Below are positions 18,308-26,419 of a stretch of 40,000 bases of DNA, in pieces. Origin of the DNA: Xiashengella succiniciproducens (GTDB taxonomy: Bacteria; Bacteroidota; Bacteroidia; Bacteroidales; Marinilabiliaceae); NCBI RefSeq assembly GCF_023674465.1, contig NZ_CP098400.1:1414801-1454800 (forward strand), in the 5' to 3' direction. Under the pieces are notes generated by a model. The model made no database searches. It was not told the DNA's origin and worked only from the letters and a program-made list of their open reading frames with translations. Position 1 is the first letter of the stretch, and each line of letters starts with the position of its first letter. A program made the position numbers and the translations under genes.

Positions 18308-18441
18308 AGTTCAACATCATGTATAAAACATTGGGGTTTAGGTGGTTGCATGATATATTCTGCCCCGCATCAGTTTTTGTAGCGGTTTGACAGGTTTGTG
18401 CTTCGAATCGCCAAACGACACCATACACGTAACCGTTAGCA
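18308..18441 (+). repeat. Integron attC site 11
   Basis: R'' AGTTCAAC (18308-18315) is the reverse complement of GTTGAACT at 16163-16170. R' GTTAGCA lies at 18435-18441. Member of the CAACATCATGTATAAAA family. Confidence 0.8.
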
Positions 18442-18454
18442 AGCATAAAATGCC

Positions 18455-19126
18455 ATGACAGATAATTCTCTATCCTCAGATATAAGTGCGATCCAAATAA
18501 AGCTTCAGTACTTACATTACAAGTCCTTAAAAATAAATGAAGAAATTAACCGAATTAGATCCATAAAGTTTCCAAATCCTAAGTGTCCTGAATCTATTAC
18601 AGCAAAGGGAGAGTTTTCATTTTGTGCTATTGACATAATCTCTCTGTTTGAAGGTTATAATTCACTTGCAAATAATGTTTTAAATGACAAATTTATTGCA
18701 AGAAACTTGAGACCAGATCTAAAGCTCCAAATTGAAGAAATAAAAGATCTTACAAATAATTGGAAGCATGTAAGAAATAAAATTGGTGGGCACTTGGATA
18801 TCAAGATCATCAAATCCTTCTGCGATAGATATGCATACAGGGGTGTATTTATCACTGACTACCTTGAGGCAGATTTCAAAGGTGTTATTCTACTTCAAAT
18901 GATAGAATCAGCTATAAATAATACATTAAGCAAATCGCATTTGTTTGAAAAAGAGATCAATTAGATCAGTTTTGAAGGACTTGAAATCTTCTTGACCAAG
19001 ATCAATGAGGATTGGAAAAAGTGTTTTCAATTGTATTCTGCTCTTTTCTCATTTTTGTATGAGATTGGCAAGAATGAGAAAATGAATCAAATCGGAAGAA
19101 ATGAAGGCGGAATCATTAAATTTTAA
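18455..19126 (+). pseudogene. HEPN-like hypothetical gene (RNKIGGH motif) with an in-frame TAG at 18962-18964
   Basis: A 169-codon ORF ends at a TAG. The same frame stays open for 53 more codons (ISFEGLEIFLTKINEDWKK...GGIIKF) to a TAA at 19124-19126, 7 bp before attC12. VRNKIGGH fits the Rx4-6H HEPN motif. Confidence 0.5.
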
Positions 19127-19133
19127 AATTTAC

Positions 19134-19380
19134 GCTTGCTAACAGGTCGGTATATGTCATTGGCGCTCCGCACCGCGAGAACTTTCTGGCTAAAGAGGAC
19201 TGCTTAGTGGTAAGCGGAGCGGCCTGCCCCGGCTCCCGCCGGGGACTCCCTCCTGGTGTCACGGTTTTTGCCAACGCGAGAACAAAAAAAACAACATCAT
19301 AACCCTGCATCGCACCACGAGTGCAAAAACACGCGCCACCGCGACTCTGCGCCAACGCCACATACCGCCGAACGTTGTGC
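19134..19380 (+). repeat. Integron attC site 12 (long form, 247 bp, with a G+C-rich structured core)
   Basis: R'' GCTTGCTAAC (19134-19143) is the reverse complement of GTTAGCAAGC at 18435-18444. The outer arms AGGTCGGTATATGTCATTGGCG and CGCCAACGCCACATACCGCCGAAC pair. R' GTTGTGC lies at 19374-19380. Paralogous to attC21. Confidence 0.8.
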
Positions 19381-19415
19381 CGCATACTAGAAAAGACCTG
19401 CAATGATGTAAATAA

Positions 19416-19790
19416 ATGAAAAAAACTCCTGATAGAAAATATAGACTTCAATCTGCAAAGGATTGGATAAAAATATATTCAGGGAATAATATTGTTAAGG
19501 GATATTCAAAAAAGTACTCCGTTGACAAAATTTGTGCAGTTAAAGAATTAAGATTGCTAGGATTTAAAATTTCGGATGAATATGAAAGACAGTTGCGTCA
19601 ATCTATGGAATCACTTAAACAGCAAAGACTTGCATTTAAGAAAAAGCGAGAGAATGAATTAAATGCCTTTTGTGAAATTGAAAGTGATGAGCATTTTGCA
19701 ATGATTATTGGGTATACAAGCGGAGGATATCCTTATGGAGTAACCCACGAAGAAATGGAACAAAAAGATATTGAAAAGGAATTTGACTAA
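19416..19790 (+). CDS. Hypothetical protein, first gene of a two-gene cassette
   Basis: 124-aa ORF whose stop lies 2 nt before the next start. No family recognised. Confidence 0.55.
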   Translation: MKKTPDRKYRLQSAKDWIKIYSGNNIVKGYSKKYSVDKICAVKELRLLGFKISDEYERQLRQSMESLKQQRLAFKKKRENELNAFCEIESDEHFAMIIGYTSGGYPYGVTHEEMEQKDIEKEFD

Positions 19791-19792
19791 TT

Positions 19793-20158
19793 ATGCCAGC
19801 AGGACAAGCACATACTACTTGGTTTCCAGAATTAAAGGATATTCTTAAGAATAAGTGGAATTCAAATTATTCCATTGAACAGCATTTTAGTTTAGTTACC
19901 GATTTGAATGAGAAATTACGCCAGATTCGGAAAGAATTGAACATTCAACCCCCTATGATGTGGTGTCCGAATTGCCAAAAACGACATCGCTCAAGATTTA
20001 ATGATGTTTCAATAACAGGAATGTATTATGCCCTTAAAAGATTTGAATATTGTGATACTGATGAATTTAATAAGTTGTTAAGAGATTGGAAACAATATTC
20101 AAAATCAGAAAATGTTGATATATATGGCAATAAAAAGACTGATAAAAGGGAATTGTAA
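19793..20158 (+). CDS. Hypothetical protein with a CPNC motif (copy B)
   Basis: 121-aa ORF identical to 11-376. Confidence 0.55.
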   Translation: MPAGQAHTTWFPELKDILKNKWNSNYSIEQHFSLVTDLNEKLRQIRKELNIQPPMMWCPNCQKRHRSRFNDVSITGMYYALKRFEYCDTDEFNKLLRDWKQYSKSENVDIYGNKKTDKREL

Positions 20159-20182
20159 AATGGAGATTAAAATAAAGTACGT

Positions 20183-20316
20183 CGGCACAACACGCGTTAT
20201 AGTGCATGGCTAAATCTCATATTTACTGCAAGTTTCATTCACCGTAGAGTATTCTTAACGGCCAGAAAATACATGCCAAGACGATTAGCCACGCACCATA
20301 TCGCCACACGTTGTAT
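20183..20316 (+). repeat. Integron attC site 13 (same attC as site 1)
   Basis: R'' CGGCACAAC (20183-20191) is the reverse complement of GTTGTGCCG at 19374-19382. R' GTTGTAT lies at 20310-20316. It matches attC1 up to the GTT and differs after it. Confidence 0.85.
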
Positions 20317-20361
20317 GCAAGTGTGAAAAAGACAACAAATGGCATTATACAAATATAAAGA

Positions 20362-21783
20362 TTGAAAAAAATGAGAAAAATCAAAACTAAAAGCATAGTT
20401 GTAATAGCTCTAATTTTAATTATAACACAAGCATATGCTAATAAAGAACCAGAGCAAAAAGATTTAAAACCTCGAATCGTTGTACTAACCGATATTGCTC
20501 CAAATGATATTGAGCCGGATGATATGGAATCTATGATTAGACTATTAGTCCATGCCGACCAGTTCGAGATAGAAGCACTGATTGCCACAACAGGTTGGAG
20601 TAATACCGGAAATGGTGAACGTATTGACCTAATTAACGATGCATTAAATGCGTATGAAAAAGACTTGCCGAATCTAATGAAAAGGTCAAATCAGAAAAAA
20701 TTTGCAAACGATGAATCAAAACAGGAAATTGGCTATTGGCCTTCAGTTAATTATTTACGATTGCGAACTATATTGGGAAGCAAAAATATGGGCATGAAAT
20801 TCATTGGTGATGGCAATGATTCCGATGGGAGCAATTTAATTATTCGAATGGCAGACGAGAATGACGAGCGTCCAATTTGGATTTCAGTCTGGGGTGGAGG
20901 CAATACTTTTGCACAAGCCATTTGGCGTGTACAACAGGATCGGTCACCAGAGGAGCTAAAAGCTTTCTTGAGCAAGTTTCGTATTTATACTATCACCGAC
21001 CAGGACAGGCCTTGGTCAAGGGGCGACACCATTAACTATGCTAATAGTTCCCACCAATGGATGAGAAGATTTAATGAAGACCTGATGTTTTTTTGGGATG
21101 AATGCTCATGGAAGCATCAAAACGAAACAGGTGTTAATAATTGGAATGAATACGCACTTCATATTCAAAAACATGGCAACCTCGGTGCCCTGTATCCCAA
21201 GTATAAGTGGGGAGTTGAAGGAGATACCCCGGCTTTTATGCACTTTATGCCAAATGGGCTATCTAACCCGGATATCCCAACTCAGGTTAGTTGGAGTGGC
21301 TATTTTGAGTATAGTTTAGGACGCGACAGCCTTACATTTTCTTATACAAATTATACAGGTGAAGCTTATGAGATTTGCACTAAATATTTTGCGTACTTTT
21401 ATCCAGCACTCTTTAACAATTTCGCCGCTCGTATGGATTGGGCTAAAGAAGGAAAAGGTAACCGCAATCCAGTTGTAAACATCAATGATGATAAAGGGAT
21501 TAACCCCATTGAGATAGTTTGTAAAACAGGAGAAGAAATTAAGCTGGATGCATCTAAATCATTCGACCCTGATGGCGACCAATTGCGATATAAATGGTGG
21601 GTAATACCCGAAGCTGGAACTTATTCTGGAGAAATTGAAATTTCTAAAAGTGATTCAAGTATTGCTTCGGTTTTTATACCGACTGATGCAGCAGGTAAGA
21701 ATTTTCATATTATATGTGAGGTAACCGATGATGGTGTTCATAACTTAACAAGTTACCGCAGGATAATCTTAAAATCAGAATAA
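20362..21783 (+). CDS. DUF1593-like secreted protein (nucleoside-hydrolase-like N-domain plus Ig/PKD-like C-domain)
   Basis: 473-aa ORF with a signal peptide. It has PRIVVLTDIAPNDIEPDDMESMIRLLVHADQFEIEALIATTGWSN and a C-terminal DASKSFDPDGDQLRYKWWVIPEAG segment. Confidence 0.6.
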   Translation: MKKMRKIKTKSIVVIALILIITQAYANKEPEQKDLKPRIVVLTDIAPNDIEPDDMESMIRLLVHADQFEIEALIATTGWSNTGNGERIDLINDALNAYEKDLPNLMKRSNQKKFANDESKQEIGYWPSVNYLRLRTILGSKNMGMKFIGDGNDSDGSNLIIRMADENDERPIWISVWGGGNTFAQAIWRVQQDRSPEELKAFLSKFRIYTITDQDRPWSRGDTINYANSSHQWMRRFNEDLMFFWDECSWKHQNETGVNNWNEYALHIQKHGNLGALYPKYKWGVEGDTPAFMHFMPNGLSNPDIPTQVSWSGYFEYSLGRDSLTFSYTNYTGEAYEICTKYFAYFYPALFNNFAARMDWAKEGKGNRNPVVNINDDKGINPIEIVCKTGEEIKLDASKSFDPDGDQLRYKWWVIPEAGTYSGEIEISKSDSSIASVFIPTDAAGKNFHIICEVTDDGVHNLTSYRRIILKSE

Positions 21784-22024
21784 TTTAGTATTTGATTGTT
21801 CTTACTTTGTTGATTGATAAGTAAAAGGGTTTAATTTAAAACTTGAAATAATAATCATTGAGGAATAAACACCAGCATACAACATCGTGTATAAAACATT
21901 TGGCAGTCAGTGGTTTATCAAGCGTTTCAGCTCGTATCAAAAGTAGTTGTAACTTGATAGAAAATCGCTTCGAAATGGGATCACCAGTAAAAACCTGTGG
22001 AATTAAACTCTGTATCAAGCATTA

Positions 22025-22435
22025 TTGTATTGTCTTTTCAACCTTGGCGTTGTAGCTTTAGTACCAACGAACAAGACCACTATGAATGCTTACATTGAAT
22101 TAGCCAAGCTGATGCTCCCAGAGGAGATCAGCAAATCGTTCAGTTTAGTGAAAGTCGAAGAGGAAAAGGTTGAGCAGGACAAACGTCTTCACCTCTATCT
22201 GGAAGAACTAAACATCCCTCCGGACCATGTTGATGTGCTTAAGCCAAATGGTTTTTATCCTGAATCCTTAATGGGAGATTTTCCTATACGAGACAGGCAG
22301 GCAGTGCTTCACTTACGCCGACGGCGATGGCTTGATGCTCGAGGCCAGAGCGTTTCACGAGATTGGAGCCTGATATGTAAGGGCACCCGCTACTCCAATG
22401 AGTTTGCGGCTTTTTTAAAAGAATTTGTTGGATAA
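22025..22435 (+). CDS. ISL3-family transposase, N-terminal ORF (copy 2)
   Basis: Identical product to 13597-14007. Confidence 0.65.
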   Translation: MYCLFNLGVVALVPTNKTTMNAYIELAKLMLPEEISKSFSLVKVEEEKVEQDKRLHLYLEELNIPPDHVDVLKPNGFYPESLMGDFPIRDRQAVLHLRRRRWLDARGQSVSRDWSLICKGTRYSNEFAAFLKEFVG

Positions 22436-23483
22436 ACACCCCATAACAGGGCGATCTCTTGAGCGTTATTATCCTATACAGGGCGACCAATTTGAGCGGG
22501 CCTACAAAGAGCATTTAAGTGGTTTTTCTGAGTGGTCTGATGCTGAACATGCGCAATCATGGCTTCTATTTCCTGAGAATATGGGAGCCTCTCTCAGTAT
22601 CGATGAAACATCACTTTCCAGAGGAGAGCTCTACACGATAATATCAAACAAGAGTGCTCGCGGGCGCAAAGGCACCATCGTTGCTATTGTTAAAGGAACG
22701 AAGATAAACGATGTTGTTAAAGTAGTAAAGACACTCCCGTTTGAAACGCGCCTGCTGGTTAAAGAGGTCACAATGGACTTTTCTGACAGCATGCATGCCA
22801 TTGTAGAAAAGTGCTTTCCGGATGCCATAATAACGCTGGATCGCTTTCATGTTCAGCAGTTATGTAATGAGGCTATGCAGGAGACCAGGCTGCAAATAAA
22901 GCGTGAGGCGCGCAAAATGGAAATTGAGAATCGAGAGCAGCACAAAATGAAGTTGCATCGGAGAATGGTCAGCAGAAAGAAAAATAAGGTTAGTAACCGT
23001 GGCAGGAAACCTAATCGCAAGAATGAAGCCTATAAACCCGAATACCTTGAAAATGGAGACACCTTATGTGAATTGGTTACACGCAGCAGATACCTTCTTA
23101 TGACCTCTGCCGACAACTGGACCGAGACTCAAAAGCTAAGAGCTGAGCTTCTATTTAAGTACTTTCCAAAACTGAGAACCGCCTATAGCCTGACACACTC
23201 CTTACGCATGATCTTTTCCAACAAGATGGCAACAAAGGAGTCGGCGGCAGAGGCACTAAAGAAGTGGTATAACAAAGTGACTGATTTTGAAAATGACGCA
23301 TTCAATACGGTTTCAGCAACAATCTATCAAAGAGAAAAGGAGATCTTGAACTACTTTGTTAACCGGTCAACCAATGCATCAGCAGAATCCCTTAATGCGA
23401 AAATCAAACACTTTAGGACCCAACTTAGAGGAGTCATTGATGTTAACTTCTTTCTCTACAGGTTAACTCTAATTTATGCATGA
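22425..23483 (+). CDS. ISL3-family DDE transposase, catalytic ORF (copy 2)
   Basis: Identical product to 13997-15055. Confidence 0.75.
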   Translation: MLDKHPITGRSLERYYPIQGDQFERAYKEHLSGFSEWSDAEHAQSWLLFPENMGASLSIDETSLSRGELYTIISNKSARGRKGTIVAIVKGTKINDVVKVVKTLPFETRLLVKEVTMDFSDSMHAIVEKCFPDAIITLDRFHVQQLCNEAMQETRLQIKREARKMEIENREQHKMKLHRRMVSRKKNKVSNRGRKPNRKNEAYKPEYLENGDTLCELVTRSRYLLMTSADNWTETQKLRAELLFKYFPKLRTAYSLTHSLRMIFSNKMATKESAAEALKKWYNKVTDFENDAFNTVSATIYQREKEILNYFVNRSTNASAESLNAKIKHFRTQLRGVIDVNFFLYRLTLIYA

Positions 23484-23616
23484 GCTAAACACATGTTTTT
23501 GCGGGTGATCCTCGAAATGCCAAACGTTTCATACACGTAAACGTTGCCAACAAGTTAAAAAGAGACAATCCCTTGTTTCCTGAGAAAGAAACTTTTATCT
23601 TTGAATAAAAAGCAAA

Positions 23617-23958
23617 GTGACTGAAAGATTTAAAGTTGAACTACTTGACCAAGCCATAGAGTTTCTCGACAAACTTGATGAGAAATCGCGTGATAAAGTG
23701 ATTTATAATATTCACAAAGCTCGCATTGTTCAAGACAAAGAATTATTTAAGAAACTATTTGGTGAAATATGGGAATTTCGGACTATTTATAACAAAAACT
23801 ATTTCAGGCTATTTGCATTTTGGGACAAGTCAGAAAAAATTGATACTGTAGTAATTTCGACTCATGGAATTATTAAGAAAACTGACAAAGTTCCAAAATC
23901 AGAAATCGAGAAAGCAGAGAGAATCAGGAAAGAGTATTTTGAACGAAAAAGCATTTAA
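23617..23958 (+). CDS. Type II toxin, RelE/ParE superfamily (Gp49/DUF891-like)
   Basis: 113-aa ORF with a GTG start. It has WEFRTIYNKNYFRLFAFWD and THGIIKKTDKVPKSEIEKAERIRKEY, typical of phage Gp49-like toxins. TATCTTTG at 23596-23603 is a possible -7 box. Confidence 0.7.
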   Translation: MTERFKVELLDQAIEFLDKLDEKSRDKVIYNIHKARIVQDKELFKKLFGEIWEFRTIYNKNYFRLFAFWDKSEKIDTVVISTHGIIKKTDKVPKSEIEKAERIRKEYFERKSI

Positions 23959-23961
23959 GCC

Positions 23962-24288
23962 ATGAAAAAGAAACCAATGAAAACAACCAGCCTTGATGTC
24001 CTGACCGACAAATATATTGGCAAAAAGGGAACCCCTAAACGAGAGAGCTTTGAAAATGAATTGAGACTTGATTTATTGGGAGAAGCAATCAAACAAGCAA
24101 GAAAAGAAAGGAACTTAACTCAAGAACAACTTGGAAAATTAATTGGTGTTCAGAAAGCACAGATTTCTAAAATTGAAAATAGTCTTACCGACGCCAGATT
24201 TGAGACCATTTTGAAAGTGTTTAAGGCGCTTAATGCAAAGATAAATTTTAACATCGAACTGCTTGACCAGAAAGTTAATATAGCCTAG
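23962..24288 (+). CDS. XRE-family HTH antitoxin
   Basis: 108-aa ORF with the HTH segment LTQEQLGKLIGVQKAQISKIENS. It starts 3 nt after the toxin stop. Confidence 0.75.
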   Translation: MKKKPMKTTSLDVLTDKYIGKKGTPKRESFENELRLDLLGEAIKQARKERNLTQEQLGKLIGVQKAQISKIENSLTDARFETILKVFKALNAKINFNIELLDQKVNIA

Positions 24289-25020
24289 ACGAAGAAACAT
24301 AACCTGTTGGCAACATCATGTATAAAATATTGGGGGTTTATGTGTGTATAGGCACTCCACTCCCCGTAGCAAATTTATTAACGGCAGACAGTGAGGACGC
24401 CCGCAATCCCCAACGTTTTATAGTGTGCCGAGAAGCAGAACATCGGCAAAATATTGTTCTGCATGCTGTAGTTAAGATGGTGGAAACAGTTGTAAGTTGA
24501 ACCACCGGTGTCGTCTTACAGGAGAGGGCATCAAACCACCTAAAGGTGCTGTGGTAAAGAGCTATGGTGCTGAGCGTTTAGGAAAAGGCTATCCATGAGA
24601 TAGTGCAGGTAAGGATATAGGAGCTGAACGAGAGTGAACCCTTGATGAGGAGTCGAGAAGTTGTACACCCAGTCAAAAGCTACAGGGCTGAGCGTTAAGA
24701 AACAGTCCAGTGGACTGTTTTAGTGAAGAGCCAGGTTGTGGGGCTGCAAACGGAGTTATAAGTATAGCGGGAGCCTGAATTATTGGCTATACGGCTGGCG
24801 TCTTTCAGAGGGCAGGAACTATATTCGGGCTTAATTACGGAACTCGGGAACCTTCATGGTAATGCCAAGGGATGAGCACAATGGGAACAACCCAGAGGCT
24901 CGAAACCGAAGTACCATGTAGGGGCGGATTGCCCCGTAGTAGCAAAGAAGCGATTGTAATGAGAGCAGAGCGAAGGGGGCAAGTTATACCGGATCATAAC
25001 ATTTAACAACTCGCAAGAGG

Positions 25021-26271
25021 ATGACTTTATGGAATGAGACAAAATCGGTACCAGTAAGTAAGGACCAAGTATGGCTTGCTTATAAGAAAGTGCGCTCCAA
25101 AGCAGGGAGTGCAGGAATTGACCAAATTAGTATGGAAGAATACAATGCCAACCGGTCTGGTCACCTGTACAAACTGTGGAACCGGATGGCGTCAGGGAGT
25201 TATTTCCCGCCGCCGTTAAAAGAAGTGGAAATACCCAAGAAAGACGGCAAATTTCGCAAACTTGGTGTTCCTACTATCAGCGATCGCGTGGCACAAATGG
25301 TCGTGAAAGATTATTTGGAAGAGAGGTTCGAGAAACTTTTCAGTCCCCATTCTTATGGTTACCGCCCCGGAAAGAATGCTCATCAGGCATTGGCCGAGGT
25401 ACGGAAGAATGTCAGAATTTCGGACTGGGTAATTGACCTTGATATCAAAGGATTCTTTGACAACATAGACCATGCGAAGTTGATGTTGGCATTAAAGAAA
25501 CATGTAAGCGAAAGGTGGTGCCTAATGTACATCGAAAGGTGGCTTCAAACACCCGTGCAAACTAAAACCGGGGAACTGGTAATGAAGCAAGGAAAAGGAA
25601 CGCCACAAGGAGGTGTAATTAGTCCGTTATTAGCAAATCTGTTCTTACATTATGCCATGGATAAATGGCTGGAGCAAACCCACCCTAGAGTCAGTTATGT
25701 GCGATACGCCGATGACGCAATACTGCACTGCAAGAGTAAATCACAAGCTGATTACGTAATGCGTAATTTGAACAAACGGATGAAGCAATGTGGGTTGGAA
25801 CTGCACCCGGAAAAGACGAAGCTTGTTTATTGTAGAGACTACAGGCGACAGGGAGCGTTTGAGAACGTGAAGTTCGATTTTCTGAGCTATTCATTCCAAC
25901 CTCGCACCGCAAGGTCAAAGAAGACCAGGGAACTTTTCCTTGGCTATGACTGCGCCATCAGCACGAGTTCAAAGAAACGCATAGCAGAGAAGATGAGAGA
26001 GTTGAAGGTTGAGACCCTGACACATAACAGCATAGTAGGAGTGGCGCAATTTCTGGAGCCTTATATCCGGGGTTGGATCAACTACTATGGAAAGTTCAGA
26101 ATATGGGAAATGAACCCAATCTTTCAGCTATTACGGCGGAGGCTTGTGATGTGGGCACGGAAACGGTACAAGCGCTACAAAACGACTATCAACGGCACTT
26201 ATGCATGGTTGGAAAGAGTGAAAGAGCAATATCCGACACTGTTCTACCAATGGAGTCTGGGATTTTCGTAA
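25021..26271 (+). CDS. Group II intron reverse transcriptase/maturase (no endonuclease domain)
   Basis: 416-aa ORF with RT blocks (IPKKDGKFRKLGVPTISDRV, GTPQGGVISPLLANLFL, YVRYADDAILHC) and a maturase X region (RGWINYYGKF). The short C-terminus has no HNH domain. Confidence 0.9.
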   Translation: MTLWNETKSVPVSKDQVWLAYKKVRSKAGSAGIDQISMEEYNANRSGHLYKLWNRMASGSYFPPPLKEVEIPKKDGKFRKLGVPTISDRVAQMVVKDYLEERFEKLFSPHSYGYRPGKNAHQALAEVRKNVRISDWVIDLDIKGFFDNIDHAKLMLALKKHVSERWCLMYIERWLQTPVQTKTGELVMKQGKGTPQGGVISPLLANLFLHYAMDKWLEQTHPRVSYVRYADDAILHCKSKSQADYVMRNLNKRMKQCGLELHPEKTKLVYCRDYRRQGAFENVKFDFLSYSFQPRTARSKKTRELFLGYDCAISTSSKKRIAEKMRELKVETLTHNSIVGVAQFLEPYIRGWINYYGKFRIWEMNPIFQLLRRRLVMWARKRYKRYKTTINGTYAWLERVKEQYPTLFYQWSLGFS

Positions 26272-26296
26272 TGAAGTGCATCGATTTGTATAACAA

Positions 26297-26330
26297 GAGC
26301 CGGATGAGCTGAGAGGTTCAAGTCCGGTTC
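26297..26330 (+). ncRNA. Group II intron domain V (catalytic hairpin)
   Basis: GAGCCGGATGAGCTGAGAGGTTCAAGTCCGGTTC is 34 nt long. It has the AGC triad and a GAGCCGGA / TCCGGTTC helix with one G-U pair. Confidence 0.85.
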
Positions 26331-26419
26331 TGTGAGAGGCTTAGGAGGAAGTTCCCTTTGCCTACTCGACCCGCCACCGTTGTGTTGCATATTAAAAGAC
26401 AGATTGCTACAATGAAAAT

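Larger units (their letters stand above)
21978..23511 (+). mobile_element. ISL3-family insertion sequence, copy 2 (1534 bp), inside attC14
   Basis: Same ends as copy 1. The 8-bp direct repeat TCGAAATG occurs at 21970-21977 and 23512-23519. Confidence 0.85.
21875..23549 (+). repeat. Integron attC site 14, split by ISL3 copy 2
   Basis: R'' GCATACAAC (21875-21883) is the reverse complement of GTTGTATGC at 20310-20318. R' GTTGCCA lies at 23543-23549. Removing the 1534-bp IS and one 8-bp duplication leaves a 133-bp attC. Confidence 0.85.
24423..26365 (+). mobile_element. Group II intron (class C-like, about 1.94 kb) inserted in attC15
   Basis: The 5' end GTGTG lies at 24423. An RT/maturase ORF sits in domain IV and a 34-nt domain V lies at 26297-26330. 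A short domain VI helix (AGGC...GCCT) follows and the 3' end is taken as ...CTAC at 26365. The ends are inferred, not validated. Confidence 0.8.
24306..26385 (+). repeat. Integron attC site 15, split by a group II intron
   Basis: R'' GTTGGCAAC (24306-24314) is the reverse complement of GTTGCCAAC at 23543-23551. R' GTTGTGT lies at 26379-26385. The flanks, 117 bp and 20 bp, sum to 137 bp. The left part matches the intact paralog attC22. Confidence 0.8.

Noticed and set aside
19116-19451. Minus-strand ORF (111 aa) sharing a conserved peptide (NVRRYVALAQSRGGACFCTRGAMQGYDVV) with 35978-36163. The + strand ORF at 35897-36190 was also considered.
   Set aside because: All of them lie within the two long attC sites. 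The two sites differ by compensatory changes in a stem rather than a codon-like pattern, and the ORFs cross the R''/R' boxes.
25176-26312. Alternative-frame and antisense ORFs inside the intron RT gene (25176-25436, 25216-25473, 25691-25918, 26073-26312), and 24318-24500 and 24854-25042 in the intron RNA domains.
   Set aside because: They overlap a strongly supported RT/maturase ORF or structured ribozyme sequence.
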